Below are positions 28,608-38,467 of a stretch of 64,000 bases of DNA, one piece after another. Under the pieces are notes generated by a model. It saw nothing but the letters and a program-made list of their open reading frames with translations, was not told the origin of the DNA and made no database searches. Every line of letters begins with the position of its first letter. Within the stretch, counting starts at the first letter, position 1. Made by a program: the position numbers and the translations under genes. Source of the stretch: a virus (lineage: Duplodnaviria > Caudoviricetes); IMG/VR virus record IMGVR_UViG_3300027983_002388; one strand, written 5' to 3'.

Positions 28608-28808
28608 ATGAATAATCATTGGCTAGAATCAAAGAGAAACAAAGATAGCGACAATTTTGGTATCGCTGGCAACATAAAGTTTATCATCGATGGCAAAGAA
28701 ATGATAGCAATGAATAAGGATGGTTTTTATATTGAAGGACGTTTGGTCAAGAACGATTTGAAAATATACGAAGCGTTTAAGAGTTTTATTGGACGATCTC
28801 ATGAATAA
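28608..28808 (+). CDS. small hypothetical protein
   Basis: 66 aa, begins MNNHWLE. Confidence 0.55.
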   Translation: MNNHWLESKRNKDSDNFGIAGNIKFIIDGKEMIAMNKDGFYIEGRLVKNDLKIYEAFKSFIGRSHE

Positions 28809-29016
28809 CCATTGGCTTGATTGCGCCAAGAAAAAACAATTGTTCAAAGAGATAGACGAAATCGGTCTTGAAGTATGGGGCGAAGATGGCACCTTGGGTG
28901 ACTTGTTTGCTTCTCTCAATGATGAACAAATAGACTTCTTGATGAATATGCTTGTTCGAGATTTCATGACTGACCCAGACGATATGTCATTCGGCGTAGA
29001 ACTGATCGCACCCTAA
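28801..29016 (+). CDS. small hypothetical protein
   Basis: 71 aa, begins MNNHWLD; shares its start region with the previous ORF. Confidence 0.55.
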   Translation: MNNHWLDCAKKKQLFKEIDEIGLEVWGEDGTLGDLFASLNDEQIDFLMNMLVRDFMTDPDDMSFGVELIAP

Positions 29017-29026
29017 AGGATTCAGT

Positions 29027-29209
29027 ATGCAACAGCTTGAGATTAAAGAAATCACAGCCGAAGAGGAACGACGCTTCTTGGTTAATCGGCGGGCCAGTCG
29101 GGAAACTATCATTCGGCAGTTTTCTAATGCTGACCCGGACACGTTGTCCGAAGAACAAAAAGATGAAGTCCTGATCCAGATCAGAGACTTCAATTACGGT
29201 AACAAATAA
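29027..29209 (+). CDS. small hypothetical protein
   Basis: AAGGA SD; 60 aa. Confidence 0.5.
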   Translation: MQQLEIKEITAEEERRFLVNRRASRETIIRQFSNADPDTLSEEQKDEVLIQIRDFNYGNK

Positions 29210-29246
29210 TTACCCGAACAAGTCTATCCGAATCTTGGAGGGATAA

Positions 29247-30470
29247 ATGCCACGCAGAATTGAAGAAGACCACAAAGATTTCAGAGATGTAGTATCTGGC
29301 CGTATTCGGAGAGCTTTGAAGAAGTTCATCAAGAGCGGCCAGATCGTCCGAAATCGTGGTAAAAATGGCAAGATAGCAATCACCATTCCTAAGATCGACA
29401 TCCCGCATATTGTTTATGGCAGTAGCGATGATGGTGTTGGTCGTGGACCTGGAAAAGATGGTGACGTTATTGGTCGTGATCCAAAGCCAGGAAAAGGCAA
29501 TGGGGCTGGAGAAGGCGAAACCGAAGGCATCACCATTAACCTGGACCTTGAAGAAGTTCTCAAGTTCATGAAGGAAGAACTTCAACTTCCGAACCTGAAG
29601 AAGAAGCCAAACGAAATCTATGACGAAATCAAGATTAAATACAACAACATTTCGTTGATTGGACCTGAATCTTTACGTCACAATAGACGCACGCTGATGC
29701 AGACTCTCAAGCGTCAGGCTGCTGAAGGCACTCTCAATAATCTCAAGTATGTTCCTGGTCTTCCTGACCCGGTGAGAGTATTGCAGCCCATCAAAGAAGA
29801 CAAGCGATACCGTCAGTTCAATGAGATTAAGATTCCATCCAGCAATGCGTTGGTGATCTTTGCTCGTGACGGCTCTGGCAGCATGGACGACGCCAAGTGC
29901 GATATTATCAGTGATATGTCTTGGTGGATTGATACTTGGATTCGTCGCTTTTATGACCGAGTTGATCGTCTGTATGTGTGGCACGACTCGATGGCTATGG
30001 AAGTCGATGAAGAAAAATTCTATAAGTATCGGTTTGGTGGCGGCACCACATGCTCCTCAGCATTGAAATTCATCACCAAACAGTTTGAGAATCGTTACCC
30101 GCCGAACAAGTGGAACATTTATGTGTTTTACTTTACTGACGGTGAAAATTGGGGTGATGATAATGAGACTTTCATCAAGACTCTTCAGGACGAGTTCACT
30201 CCTGAAGTGGTGAACTTCACCGGCATCACCCAGATATTGTCATATACTTATGATGGGTCGGTAAAACATCAGGTTGACGAGGCAATCAAAGCTGGTCGTC
30301 TCGACAAGGAATATGTAAGAACTGTTTCTATCGGGCCGACGACTGAAGGTAAATCGACAGCAGGATATTACAGTCCACCAACTTTGAGCGAAGACGAACG
30401 GAACGAGCAAATCATGGATGCGATCAAAAAGTTGCTCGGCAATCCAGCCACAATTAGAGAGGAAGCATAA
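29247..30470 (+). CDS. yeaH: YeaH/YhbH (DUF444) VWA-domain protein
   Basis: G.G.G.G.G.G glycine-rich region, MIDAS-like DGSGS, GGGT and FTDGEN. Confidence 0.88.
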   Translation: MPRRIEEDHKDFRDVVSGRIRRALKKFIKSGQIVRNRGKNGKIAITIPKIDIPHIVYGSSDDGVGRGPGKDGDVIGRDPKPGKGNGAGEGETEGITINLDLEEVLKFMKEELQLPNLKKKPNEIYDEIKIKYNNISLIGPESLRHNRRTLMQTLKRQAAEGTLNNLKYVPGLPDPVRVLQPIKEDKRYRQFNEIKIPSSNALVIFARDGSGSMDDAKCDIISDMSWWIDTWIRRFYDRVDRLYVWHDSMAMEVDEEKFYKYRFGGGTTCSSALKFITKQFENRYPPNKWNIYVFYFTDGENWGDDNETFIKTLQDEFTPEVVNFTGITQILSYTYDGSVKHQVDEAIKAGRLDKEYVRTVSIGPTTEGKSTAGYYSPPTLSEDERNEQIMDAIKKLLGNPATIREEA

Positions 30471-32062
30471 TGGGATTCATGCACGGTGCGCCAATGCTAC
30501 TTGGCAACAATACGGTTCCTGGCGTGCAATTGTCGCCAGAACTGAAGATGTATATTCCAAAGATTCTTCAGGCTTGCCGAGATTGGGGTCTGGACTTCTA
30601 TCCAACTGTAGTTCAGTTGTTGACTTACGACGAGATCAGTGAAATTGCCGCCTATGGTGGTTTTCCTGTGCGTTTCCCGCACTGGTCTTTCGGTATGGAA
30701 TATGAAGAACTTCAGCGAGGATATGAGTTTGGGATGCACAAGATTTACGAGATGGTAATCAATACCAACCCGTGCTACATCTACAATCTCAGTTCCAATA
30801 CTCTGCTCGATCACTTGACCGTTGTTGCCCACGCTACAGGACACAATGACTTTTTCAAGAACAATATTCACTTCAGCGCTACCGATACGAACATGCTGAA
30901 TAAGATGGCCAATCACGGCACTCGCATTCGTAAGTACATGGCTCGTTGGGGCAAGGAACGTGTTATTGAGTTTTTGGATTGGGTTATGAGGCTTGAAACT
31001 TTGATCGACGGAGCAGAAGCCTGGACTGATCGAGTCGTTTCTGAAAAGAACATTCGGGACGAGAGAACATACCGTCATCCAAGACGATTGACGGTAAACA
31101 AAGACCGTATGTACATGGAGCCTTTCTTAAACACAAAGGATTTCCGTGATCGAGAAAACGAGCGTATCTCTAAGCAAGATGTCGCTGATGAAATTGGCGT
31201 CTTTAAGGAGCCTACCAAAAACATCCTTGCTTATTTAAGAGATAACGCACCACTGAAACCGTGGCAGGCCGATATTGTGTCGATGTTATATGAAGAAGCA
31301 ATTTACTTCTTCCCGCAACGTCAGACCAAGACCATAAATGAAGGATGGGCGTCGATGACTGACTCGGTGATTATGGCCGAGCAGGGTTTCGTAGCACTTG
31401 GACAGAAGAGTCACGATTGCGGCATTATCGAATACGCCGATCACAAGATGGGTGTATTGGGCGGCAAGTATTCTATGAACCCATATAAGCTGGGATATTA
31501 CCTGCTTAGGGATATTCGTAGCCGCTGGGACAAGGGACAGTTCGGACCTGAATGGGATGAATGTACCGACATCCGAATCAAAGAAAAGTGGGATACGAAA
31601 GCCGGATTGGGTAAAGAGAAGATTTTCGAGGTTCGCAAATATTACGACGACTTCACTTTGCTCCATGAGTTCTTTACTGAAGACTTTTGCCGTGAACAAG
31701 AATACTTCCACTGGAAACACTTCCCGAATGGTGAATTCAAAATTGACAATCGTGAGTTCAAAGACATCAAGCGTCTTCTGCTCCGAAGGCATTTGAATGG
31801 CGGCTTGCCGGATATTCGCCTGACAGAGCCGAACTATCGTGGCAAGGGAGCTATGTTCCTTCAGCACAACTTTGATGGTCGTGATATTTACGAGCCATAT
31901 GTCTTTGATGTATTGACCGCACTGCGGGCAGTGTGGGGAGAAGATGTCTATCTGGCATCTGAAGATGAAGATGGCAATGAGAAAGTTTATTGCTGTTACG
32001 GGACCGACAGCACAAAGGACGTGGAGCTTGTGTCTCGTAAGGAGCACATCAAGCGTGGATGA
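30470..32062 (+). CDS. spoVR: SpoVR/YcgB family protein
   Basis: GGFPVRFPHWSFG, YEMVINTNPC, VVAHATGHNDFFKNN, TKTINEGWAS and NPYKLG. Confidence 0.92.
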   Translation: MGFMHGAPMLLGNNTVPGVQLSPELKMYIPKILQACRDWGLDFYPTVVQLLTYDEISEIAAYGGFPVRFPHWSFGMEYEELQRGYEFGMHKIYEMVINTNPCYIYNLSSNTLLDHLTVVAHATGHNDFFKNNIHFSATDTNMLNKMANHGTRIRKYMARWGKERVIEFLDWVMRLETLIDGAEAWTDRVVSEKNIRDERTYRHPRRLTVNKDRMYMEPFLNTKDFRDRENERISKQDVADEIGVFKEPTKNILAYLRDNAPLKPWQADIVSMLYEEAIYFFPQRQTKTINEGWASMTDSVIMAEQGFVALGQKSHDCGIIEYADHKMGVLGGKYSMNPYKLGYYLLRDIRSRWDKGQFGPEWDECTDIRIKEKWDTKAGLGKEKIFEVRKYYDDFTLLHEFFTEDFCREQEYFHWKHFPNGEFKIDNREFKDIKRLLLRRHLNGGLPDIRLTEPNYRGKGAMFLQHNFDGRDIYEPYVFDVLTALRAVWGEDVYLASEDEDGNEKVYCCYGTDSTKDVELVSRKEHIKRG

Positions 32063-32240
32063 GTCAAAAGTATTGACTGTATATGAGGAAGAAAGTTCTT
32101 ATGAATTTATGTCTAGGCTCCAATTCGTCTTGATCGAGCTTGGAATAAAGGTCAGAGTAGTCGAAGAACATCCAGATTGTGCGATATATGCACTGTCACA
32201 CGCTGAGAGAATAGATGGCAAAGAAAAAGAGTTCAATTGA
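32055..32240 (+). CDS. small hypothetical protein
   Basis: GTG start after GGAG; bridges spoVR and clpP with overlaps. Confidence 0.35.
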   Translation: MDESKVLTVYEEESSYEFMSRLQFVLIELGIKVRVVEEHPDCAIYALSHAERIDGKEKEFN

Positions 32241-32892
32241 TTTCCTGGAGTTGGTGAATCAGGTTCATAATTATGACTTGAATCCATTCAATCGTGAAAT
32301 CTATTTACACAGCCATTATTCTGGACACGATGAAGAGAGTGGCATCGAATATCGGATGGCCACTCAGTTCATCAAGAATTTGAATTTGCTGGATCAGGAT
32401 GCCGAAGAAAATATCCTGATTCATCTGCATAGTCCAGGTGGTGATTGGATTCACGGCATGGCTATTTTTGACGCAATTTTAGTGGCTCGGTCTTCGGTGA
32501 ATATCTTGGCTTATGGGGAAGTATCTTCGATGAGCAGTGTGCTGTTACAAGCGGCATGTAAGCGAGTCATGATGCCATCTTGTGAGTTCATGATTCATCG
32601 TGGGTTTTTGAGTTTGGAAGGCGTGGCGACCACAGTTCAATCGAATGCGGCGTGGAACAAAAAGACCGACATGAGAATGCTTCGACTATATGCGGGCAGA
32701 GCCGTGGACGGTCCTTTTTTTCGTCAAAATGACATGAACGAAAATCAGGTGGTTAAATTTATCGACCAAAAAATACGCAAACTTGGCGATTGGAATCTCA
32801 GTGCAGAAGAAGCTGTCTATTACGGATTAGCAGACGGCGTATTCGGACAGCCTGGATATGAATCGCTAGACAAAATAAGGAAATGTTCATGA
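32215..32892 (+). CDS. clpP: ClpP-like protease
   Basis: LHSPGG, GEVSSMS (Ser), FMIHR (His) and DWNLSAEEA..YGLAD (Asp). Confidence 0.85.
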   Translation: MAKKKSSIDFLELVNQVHNYDLNPFNREIYLHSHYSGHDEESGIEYRMATQFIKNLNLLDQDAEENILIHLHSPGGDWIHGMAIFDAILVARSSVNILAYGEVSSMSSVLLQAACKRVMMPSCEFMIHRGFLSLEGVATTVQSNAAWNKKTDMRMLRLYAGRAVDGPFFRQNDMNENQVVKFIDQKIRKLGDWNLSAEEAVYYGLADGVFGQPGYESLDKIRKCS

Positions 32893-33500
32893 CGACAATT
32901 GACTCCCAGGCACCCGGCGCTCGTGTAAGTTACGGTAAAGAAAAAGAAGAACAGGTCATTAGATGCCTAAATGACAATTATGCCGATCACGGTTATAATC
33001 TCGTTCCAGGCAGCTTCTTTGAAGATTGCCAAGAGAAAACAGATTGTTGGCAAGTGACCAAGAGCGGCAAAAGATACCGTAGTGCCATTAAAGCCAGGGT
33101 GTCGAAGAATGATATTCTTGTTGCCATGCGTGATCCTTTCTATGGCATCAATCATCCAGAAACAGTTATTGGGAGAGATGTACTGGTAGAGTATTTTCAG
33201 TATATCACATTATCCAAAGATGGTTCTGTTATTCGAGTTGCTAACGGCAAGATCATCCATCAGATGTGCAACGTCTTGTGGGAAGAGTTTTTGGAAAAAG
33301 TGGGCGATGTCGATATGACTAAACACCCATATAATAAAGCAAGGCCAGCCAAGCTCATGTCTTCGGAAACATATCCAGGTTGCGAGCTATGGCTACACTA
33401 CGACCGCTGGAAAGGCCAGCCGAAAATGCTGGGGTTTATTCCTCCAGACATTTTGAAAGTCGGCAAAGAGATCAAGTACCACAATTTTATTCAGGAATGA
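32883..33500 (+). CDS. hypothetical protein, possible nuclease fold
   Basis: 205-aa ORF; D...K.R pattern is only weak evidence. Confidence 0.55.
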   Translation: MFMTTIDSQAPGARVSYGKEKEEQVIRCLNDNYADHGYNLVPGSFFEDCQEKTDCWQVTKSGKRYRSAIKARVSKNDILVAMRDPFYGINHPETVIGRDVLVEYFQYITLSKDGSVIRVANGKIIHQMCNVLWEEFLEKVGDVDMTKHPYNKARPAKLMSSETYPGCELWLHYDRWKGQPKMLGFIPPDILKVGKEIKYHNFIQE

Positions 33501-33504
33501 TATT

Positions 33505-33729
33505 ATGGCTGACGAAATGAATTGGCTGTTAACCGACGAGTTCGTTGCGTTCTCAGCAAAGATCAAAGATATTCATGAACGCAAGAAGACAAAGAAGTCT
33601 GAACTTAAAGCGTTCTATGACAAAATTCAGGTGGACATCAAGGCTCTTGAAGAGGAAGCCAAGGATGCTGAAGATGAATTCCAGAATTGGAAAAAAGGAC
33701 AAGAAGTCGAAGACAAAACTGATGAATAA
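33505..33729 (+). CDS. small coiled-coil protein
   Basis: AGGA SD; K/E-rich. Confidence 0.55.
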   Translation: MADEMNWLLTDEFVAFSAKIKDIHERKKTKKSELKAFYDKIQVDIKALEEEAKDAEDEFQNWKKGQEVEDKTDE

Positions 33730-33743
33730 TAGGCTGGAAATAG

Positions 33744-33795
33744 GACTCCGGTTTGGTTATACTGTTGCTTAACACAAAGAACCCAACCCGGAGTT
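33744..33795 (+). promoter_or_regulatory. hairpin sequestering the dnaE-N Shine-Dalgarno, with a -10-like element at the stem-loop junction
   Basis: GACTCCGGTTTGG pairs with CCAACCCGGAGTT (one mismatch); GGAG at 33790-33793; TATACT at 33758-33763. Confidence 0.5.
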
Positions 33796-33798
33796 AAT

Positions 33799-36393
33799 AT
33801 GACGCTAGAAATTTGCGGATTTGAACATTTACACCTTCATACGGATTTCAGCACCCTCGATGGCTACGGCATGGTTGAGGAATATGCGACTCGTGCGCCA
33901 CTCATCAATCAAAAGTTTTTGACCATCTCAGATCACGGCATGTTGGGGGCCATCCCTCGTCAAATCAAAGCCTGTGACAAGATGAATGACAAAAAGGGAA
34001 AAGATACCCTATCTCCCATCTTCGCCTGTGAATTGTACGTCAACAGGCTTCAGCCCGAATCCAACGGTCTGGGTGACATGCAGAAGTTCATGGCTGATCT
34101 AAATGAAGATGAACAAAAGGAATGCCGTGCAGGATCGCATCTTTTGGCTATTGCCTACAACGAAATAGGCTATAAGAATCTGGTCCGTCTATCATCCTGG
34201 GCGTGGACCAAGGGATTCTATCGTCATCCTCGTGTCAACTACGAACAGCTTCAGAAGTACAAGGAAGGACTGTTCTTCACGTCTTGTTGCTACAACAGTG
34301 AAGTTGGACGGGCTTTTGACCAACACGGTGAAGACGCCGCTTTCGCTATGATCGAGCGATATATTGAGATGTTCGGCAAGGAACACTACTTGCTGGAAAT
34401 CATGTTGCTCGATTTTGAAAAACAAAAACCATATGACGCCTTCATTATCAAGGCTAAAGAAAAGTATGGTTTGAAATTGATCCTCACCAATGACTGTTTA
34501 GTCGATGGAACTTTAATTTGGACACATTTAGGTTTTCAACTTATTGAAAACTTAAATGTTGGAGACATGGTTCTTACACATAATAATAGATATCGTCCTA
34601 TTGAAGTTAAAGTCAGTCGTAAACTAAATCATGATGAAAGAGTTTTTGAAGTCAAAGCAACTGCTGGCACTTTTTCTTTTCAATCAACTGGAAATCACAA
34701 AATTTATGTAAAACAAGGGGTCGATTTTAATTGGATTAAAACATCGAATTTAAAAAAAGGCGATTGTTTGGTTTATCCTGATTTTTCAAAATGTTCATTT
34801 TTTTCCAATCAAGATTTAGATTACATTGATCTTAGTGAATTCATCGAAGATGAAGATTTGTATTCTGAAGTAACATATTCTAATAGACATAATTTGCGAT
34901 GTGGCTTGCGTGAGAAGGACGGATATTATTTATCCCAAAGAGGATTTAGCGGCAATTCCACAGTTAAAATCCCGAAGTTATTTCCTGTAGATAAAGAATT
35001 TTGTCGAGTATTAGGATGGTACATTGCTGAAGGTTGGAGTGACACAAATTCGTACCAAGTTGGTTTTGCTCTTTCTATTCATGAACAAGATGTTGCTGAT
35101 TTTTTAATTGCTTATTTTTCCAAATTTGGCATCAAAGTGAAGCAATATTCTGTTTCTGAAAATGGGATTGCCATTAGATTTTCTAGCAAGGTATTCAATA
35201 GGGTTTTATCTAAAATATGTGGCAAAAAGGCTCTTAACAAACATTTGCCTTATATTAGTGGAACTTGGATTGGTAAATTCAGTGAAAGTCAATTCAAGCA
35301 AATTATAGCTTGTCACCAGTTTGGTGATGGAAGTTATTTGAATGGAGTTTTTGCTTTTCACAGCACAAGCAAGAAATTGATTTTTGAGATAGCTTCTGTG
35401 TTAAACGCAATGGGATTTCCGTCAATTCCATCGGTTGATAAGAAAAAAAATGTTAATTGGAATCAATGTTGGCATTTGAATTATTCTGGCGACGCCGGGA
35501 AAAAGCTAAGCAATTTTCTTTGTGGTGTATCACAGGATACAGGCAATTCTTCTTTGTGGACTTACGAGAATGAACATTGGTTGATTAAAATTCAAGAGGT
35601 CAATGAAATTGTTTACCAAGGAAATGTTCATGATTTTCAAGTTAAAGAAGATCATTCATTCACGGCAAACATGGCTGTAGTTTCTAATTGTCACTACTGC
35701 CAAGCAGAAGACAGTCATTTTCAGCGGCTTATGTTGATGGTTCAAACGGGACGTACTCTGGAAGAGATCAAGAGTGCTATTGCCCAGGATCAGATGCAAG
35801 ACTTCTTTGAGCTTCAGGACGCCAACCTTTGGATGAAGTCTGAAGAAGACCTGAATGCCAAGTGGGAGAAAGACTATAAGGATATTGTGCCTTATGAGCT
35901 TTTCTGTGAAGCCAAGCGAACGACTGTCGAAATCTGCAATAAAGCCAAGGGTGTTCAGCTTGATCGCTCGCTTAAATTGCCAGTCATTCCAGATGCCGAT
36001 GAAACTCTCAAAGAACTCGTCATGCGTGGCTTCAAGTGGCGTGGTTTGCCACAAACCAGAGAATATACAGATCGCATCAAAGAAGAATACAGTCTCATTA
36101 CCCGCAAGGGCTTCTCCAGTTACTTCTTGATTCAAAAGATGATGACAGATGAAGCACGACGGGTGTGTGTAGAGCTTCTGGGGTTTGGTGATGGTTCACA
36201 AGCTGTCGGTCCAGGTCGAGGCTCGGCGGTGGGCGCATTGACGTGTTATTGTTTGGGCATCACGAATGTAGACCCTATCTATGAAGGGCTGTTGTTCAGT
36301 CGATTCATGAGCGAAGCTCGTGGTGGTCGAAGTATTGTTCTTGAGTTCAGAAACATGGACCCGCTCCCTCCAGAGGATGCGTTTGCAGCTTAA
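33799..36393 (+). CDS. dnaE: DNA polymerase III alpha, N-terminal part (PHP domain to GPGRGS/FSRF) with intein
   Basis: HLHLHTDFSTLDG, ISDHG, ACELY, TND/CHY, KGFSSYFL, GPGRGSA and LLFSRF; stops before PDID. Confidence 0.9.
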   Translation: MTLEICGFEHLHLHTDFSTLDGYGMVEEYATRAPLINQKFLTISDHGMLGAIPRQIKACDKMNDKKGKDTLSPIFACELYVNRLQPESNGLGDMQKFMADLNEDEQKECRAGSHLLAIAYNEIGYKNLVRLSSWAWTKGFYRHPRVNYEQLQKYKEGLFFTSCCYNSEVGRAFDQHGEDAAFAMIERYIEMFGKEHYLLEIMLLDFEKQKPYDAFIIKAKEKYGLKLILTNDCLVDGTLIWTHLGFQLIENLNVGDMVLTHNNRYRPIEVKVSRKLNHDERVFEVKATAGTFSFQSTGNHKIYVKQGVDFNWIKTSNLKKGDCLVYPDFSKCSFFSNQDLDYIDLSEFIEDEDLYSEVTYSNRHNLRCGLREKDGYYLSQRGFSGNSTVKIPKLFPVDKEFCRVLGWYIAEGWSDTNSYQVGFALSIHEQDVADFLIAYFSKFGIKVKQYSVSENGIAIRFSSKVFNRVLSKICGKKALNKHLPYISGTWIGKFSESQFKQIIACHQFGDGSYLNGVFAFHSTSKKLIFEIASVLNAMGFPSIPSVDKKKNVNWNQCWHLNYSGDAGKKLSNFLCGVSQDTGNSSLWTYENEHWLIKIQEVNEIVYQGNVHDFQVKEDHSFTANMAVVSNCHYCQAEDSHFQRLMLMVQTGRTLEEIKSAIAQDQMQDFFELQDANLWMKSEEDLNAKWEKDYKDIVPYELFCEAKRTTVEICNKAKGVQLDRSLKLPVIPDADETLKELVMRGFKWRGLPQTREYTDRIKEEYSLITRKGFSSYFLIQKMMTDEARRVCVELLGFGDGSQAVGPGRGSAVGALTCYCLGITNVDPIYEGLLFSRFMSEARGGRSIVLEFRNMDPLPPEDAFAA
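34495..35688 (+). mobile_element. intein with in-frame LAGLIDADG endonuclease (398 aa)
   Basis: CLVDGTLI start after TND; STGNH block B; LGWYIAEGW and HQFGDGS motifs; ends HSFTANMAVVSN before Cys; visibly more AT-rich than its flanks. Confidence 0.9.
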
Positions 36394-37166
36394 ATTTTGT
36401 CTATCGCATCCAGAACTTTCCTGAGCGGCACTTGGTTATTTTCGATGTAAAAGAATTGGTATTGCTTTGGATCGCAACACGGTAGCGATGAGTATTCCAT
36501 TTTCAATATCTCTGGCTCATCGCATTGTTCTGCAATTACTTCTCTGTGCCAATTGTGTTTTGCTAATGGTTTTTCATCAGGCATCGCAAGTATCATTCTT
36601 GGATGCTTGATGCCTCCGGCGTAGTGAGTCGTTCCTGTGTCTGTGCCAAGAAATATCTTGCTTCTGCGGACGTAGTTGAACGTATCGTAGATATTTTTGC
36701 TGTAGATGACACCAGGATGCTCGATGTTGATAATGTGCTTTTTGCGGGCGTCGATAACCATGCAGACCTTTTCATGGCGACCGCATAGTTCTTGGAATGT
36801 TTCAAGAGCGGACTCTGGGGATATTTCTCGTTCTATGTTATATCCAACTGCCAATACTGGAATGAACACTACATCTAAATCGGTTTCTTCTTCTCTGTAG
36901 TGATTCTTGAGATCGGTCCAGATGCCCTTTTCTCGCAGCAACGGGTTCCAGAACCACATATTGTAAGGCTCGAAAATTGGGTATTCAAAATGATTTGCTG
37001 AGGCAAAAACCACTAGGTTGTCTGGGAATAGTTCAATTGCTGAAACAAAGGGATTTGAGTCTTTGTAATGGACATCGTGTCCTTTGAGATTCAAATATTT
37101 GATTAAAGCGGTAGTTTGAATTTCATCGCCAATACGATATTCTGGATGGTCGTGGTAGTAAATCAT
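36390..37166 (-). CDS. GT9-like glycosyltransferase (heptosyltransferase-like)
   Basis: IFLGTDTGTTHYAG resembles the GT9 G.DSG..H.A motif. Confidence 0.6.
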   Translation of the reverse strand: MIYYHDHPEYRIGDEIQTTALIKYLNLKGHDVHYKDSNPFVSAIELFPDNLVVFASANHFEYPIFEPYNMWFWNPLLREKGIWTDLKNHYREEETDLDVVFIPVLAVGYNIEREISPESALETFQELCGRHEKVCMVIDARKKHIINIEHPGVIYSKNIYDTFNYVRRSKIFLGTDTGTTHYAGGIKHPRMILAMPDEKPLAKHNWHREVIAEQCDEPEILKMEYSSLPCCDPKQYQFFYIENNQVPLRKVLDAIDKI

Positions 37167-37178
37167 CTATTGTCCAAT

Positions 37179-37211
37179 AAAAAAGGCAGGTGAGAAATCT
37201 CACCTGCCTTT
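37179..37211 (-). terminator. intrinsic terminator
   Basis: AAAGGCAGGTGAG-AAAT-CTCACCTGCCTTT; T tract on the minus strand. Confidence 0.8.
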
Positions 37212-37234
37212 AATTATAGTCTGTTATTTACAGC

Positions 37235-38317
37235 TTACATCCCGCCGCCCATTAGTGCAGGATGACCCTTCATTGCAGCCATCAGATTGTGATGTGCGCT
37301 CTTCTTTTTTGGAGGAGCAATCTTGCCAATCTTATCGTGAGGAGGAGCCGGAGGTCCACCCATGTCATCGCCACCCATGTCGTCATCATCGTCGAGTCCT
37401 AGATCATCGTCGCCTAGATCATCGTCTTCATCACCCATGTCGTCGCCCATGTCTTCATCATCCATGTCGTCATCGTCGTGCATGTCATCTGGATGTGGCA
37501 TTTCTTCGTCATCGCCCATTCCCATATCATCGTCGTCCATGCCCATCATTCCAGGATGAGGAATTGGCTTCTTTTTCTTCATTTTGTGCATTGGCGGTCC
37601 ACCAATATCGCCGCCACCATTTTCATCTCCCATTGGAGGAGCAACCATTTCATTCATAGCCTTGGCGAGTCTTCGAGCGTACATTTCATCACGCTCCATC
37701 AGAATGGCTAGAGCCTTGAAGGTTTCAGGATGATCGACCATTTCCTTGACCAATTTGCCAAACAAGCCATTTCTCTTCATTTCACGAACCAAAGCGGAGA
37801 CGTACTTCTGGTTGCATTTGCAGACAGCGATAGTTTCTTTGATTGAGTTATGAGGAGATTCTTGGCAGGCACATTCATCAAGACCCTTGAGCGCTTCTGT
37901 CCGAACTGTTTTTGTGAATTCAGCTAGAGACATACCTTTAGTGCGATCAACCCATTCCTGAGTTTTGGTCTTAGGCCAAGTGGCTTGTTTTTTGCCACCA
38001 GGGACACCGTTTTCGTCTTTGCTGACGCCGTTTTTTCCACCATACCAACCATAGCCCGGTTCGTATTTGAGTTTAGAATCGCCCTTATGAGCAAAGCCAT
38101 CGCCCAATTTGCCTTTATTGGGGTCTTTAGCGTCAGTCCCACCCTTGTAAGGTTTGACTTCGCCATCTTGACCCTTACCGCCAGCGTCTTTGTGTTTCTT
38201 CTCTTTAGCAGGTTTGGTTTCGATACTTCCCTCGAAGTCGGCAATCTGCTTGACAGTGCTGGAAGTTTTCAACTTCTTGTTGCGATCTAAATATTCTTGA
38301 AATTTCATGTGTGCCAT
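37235..38317 (-). CDS. hypothetical protein with acidic D/M/G-rich tail
   Basis: 360 aa, begins MAHMKFQEYL; low-complexity DDDMG repeats. Confidence 0.7.
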   Translation of the reverse strand: MAHMKFQEYLDRNKKLKTSSTVKQIADFEGSIETKPAKEKKHKDAGGKGQDGEVKPYKGGTDAKDPNKGKLGDGFAHKGDSKLKYEPGYGWYGGKNGVSKDENGVPGGKKQATWPKTKTQEWVDRTKGMSLAEFTKTVRTEALKGLDECACQESPHNSIKETIAVCKCNQKYVSALVREMKRNGLFGKLVKEMVDHPETFKALAILMERDEMYARRLAKAMNEMVAPPMGDENGGGDIGGPPMHKMKKKKPIPHPGMMGMDDDDMGMGDDEEMPHPDDMHDDDDMDDEDMGDDMGDEDDDLGDDDLGLDDDDDMGGDDMGGPPAPPHDKIGKIAPPKKKSAHHNLMAAMKGHPALMGGGM

Positions 38318-38467
38318 AAGATTGTCTCCGTTTTCTTATCTAGTGTGCTGTTGGTGTATTTAACACCAAACTTCTTTCGTTGGGTAAAGGTATTTTGCTT
38401 TCAGAGGATCATAAAAACTCAACTCGAAGGTATATATTAAGAGCAAGAGTAAAACAGGATGGTGAAT

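Noticed and set aside
26877-32047. Long antisense ORFs over prkA and spoVR (also over ssb at 2807-3355)
   Set aside because: They mirror strongly biased sense-strand codon usage and show no motifs or SD, unlike the nested intein ORF.
24750-38365. TAAATA-like T4 late promoters before some minus-strand genes
   Set aside because: Only partial matches in AT-rich DNA, with no consistent TATAAATA consensus established by eye.
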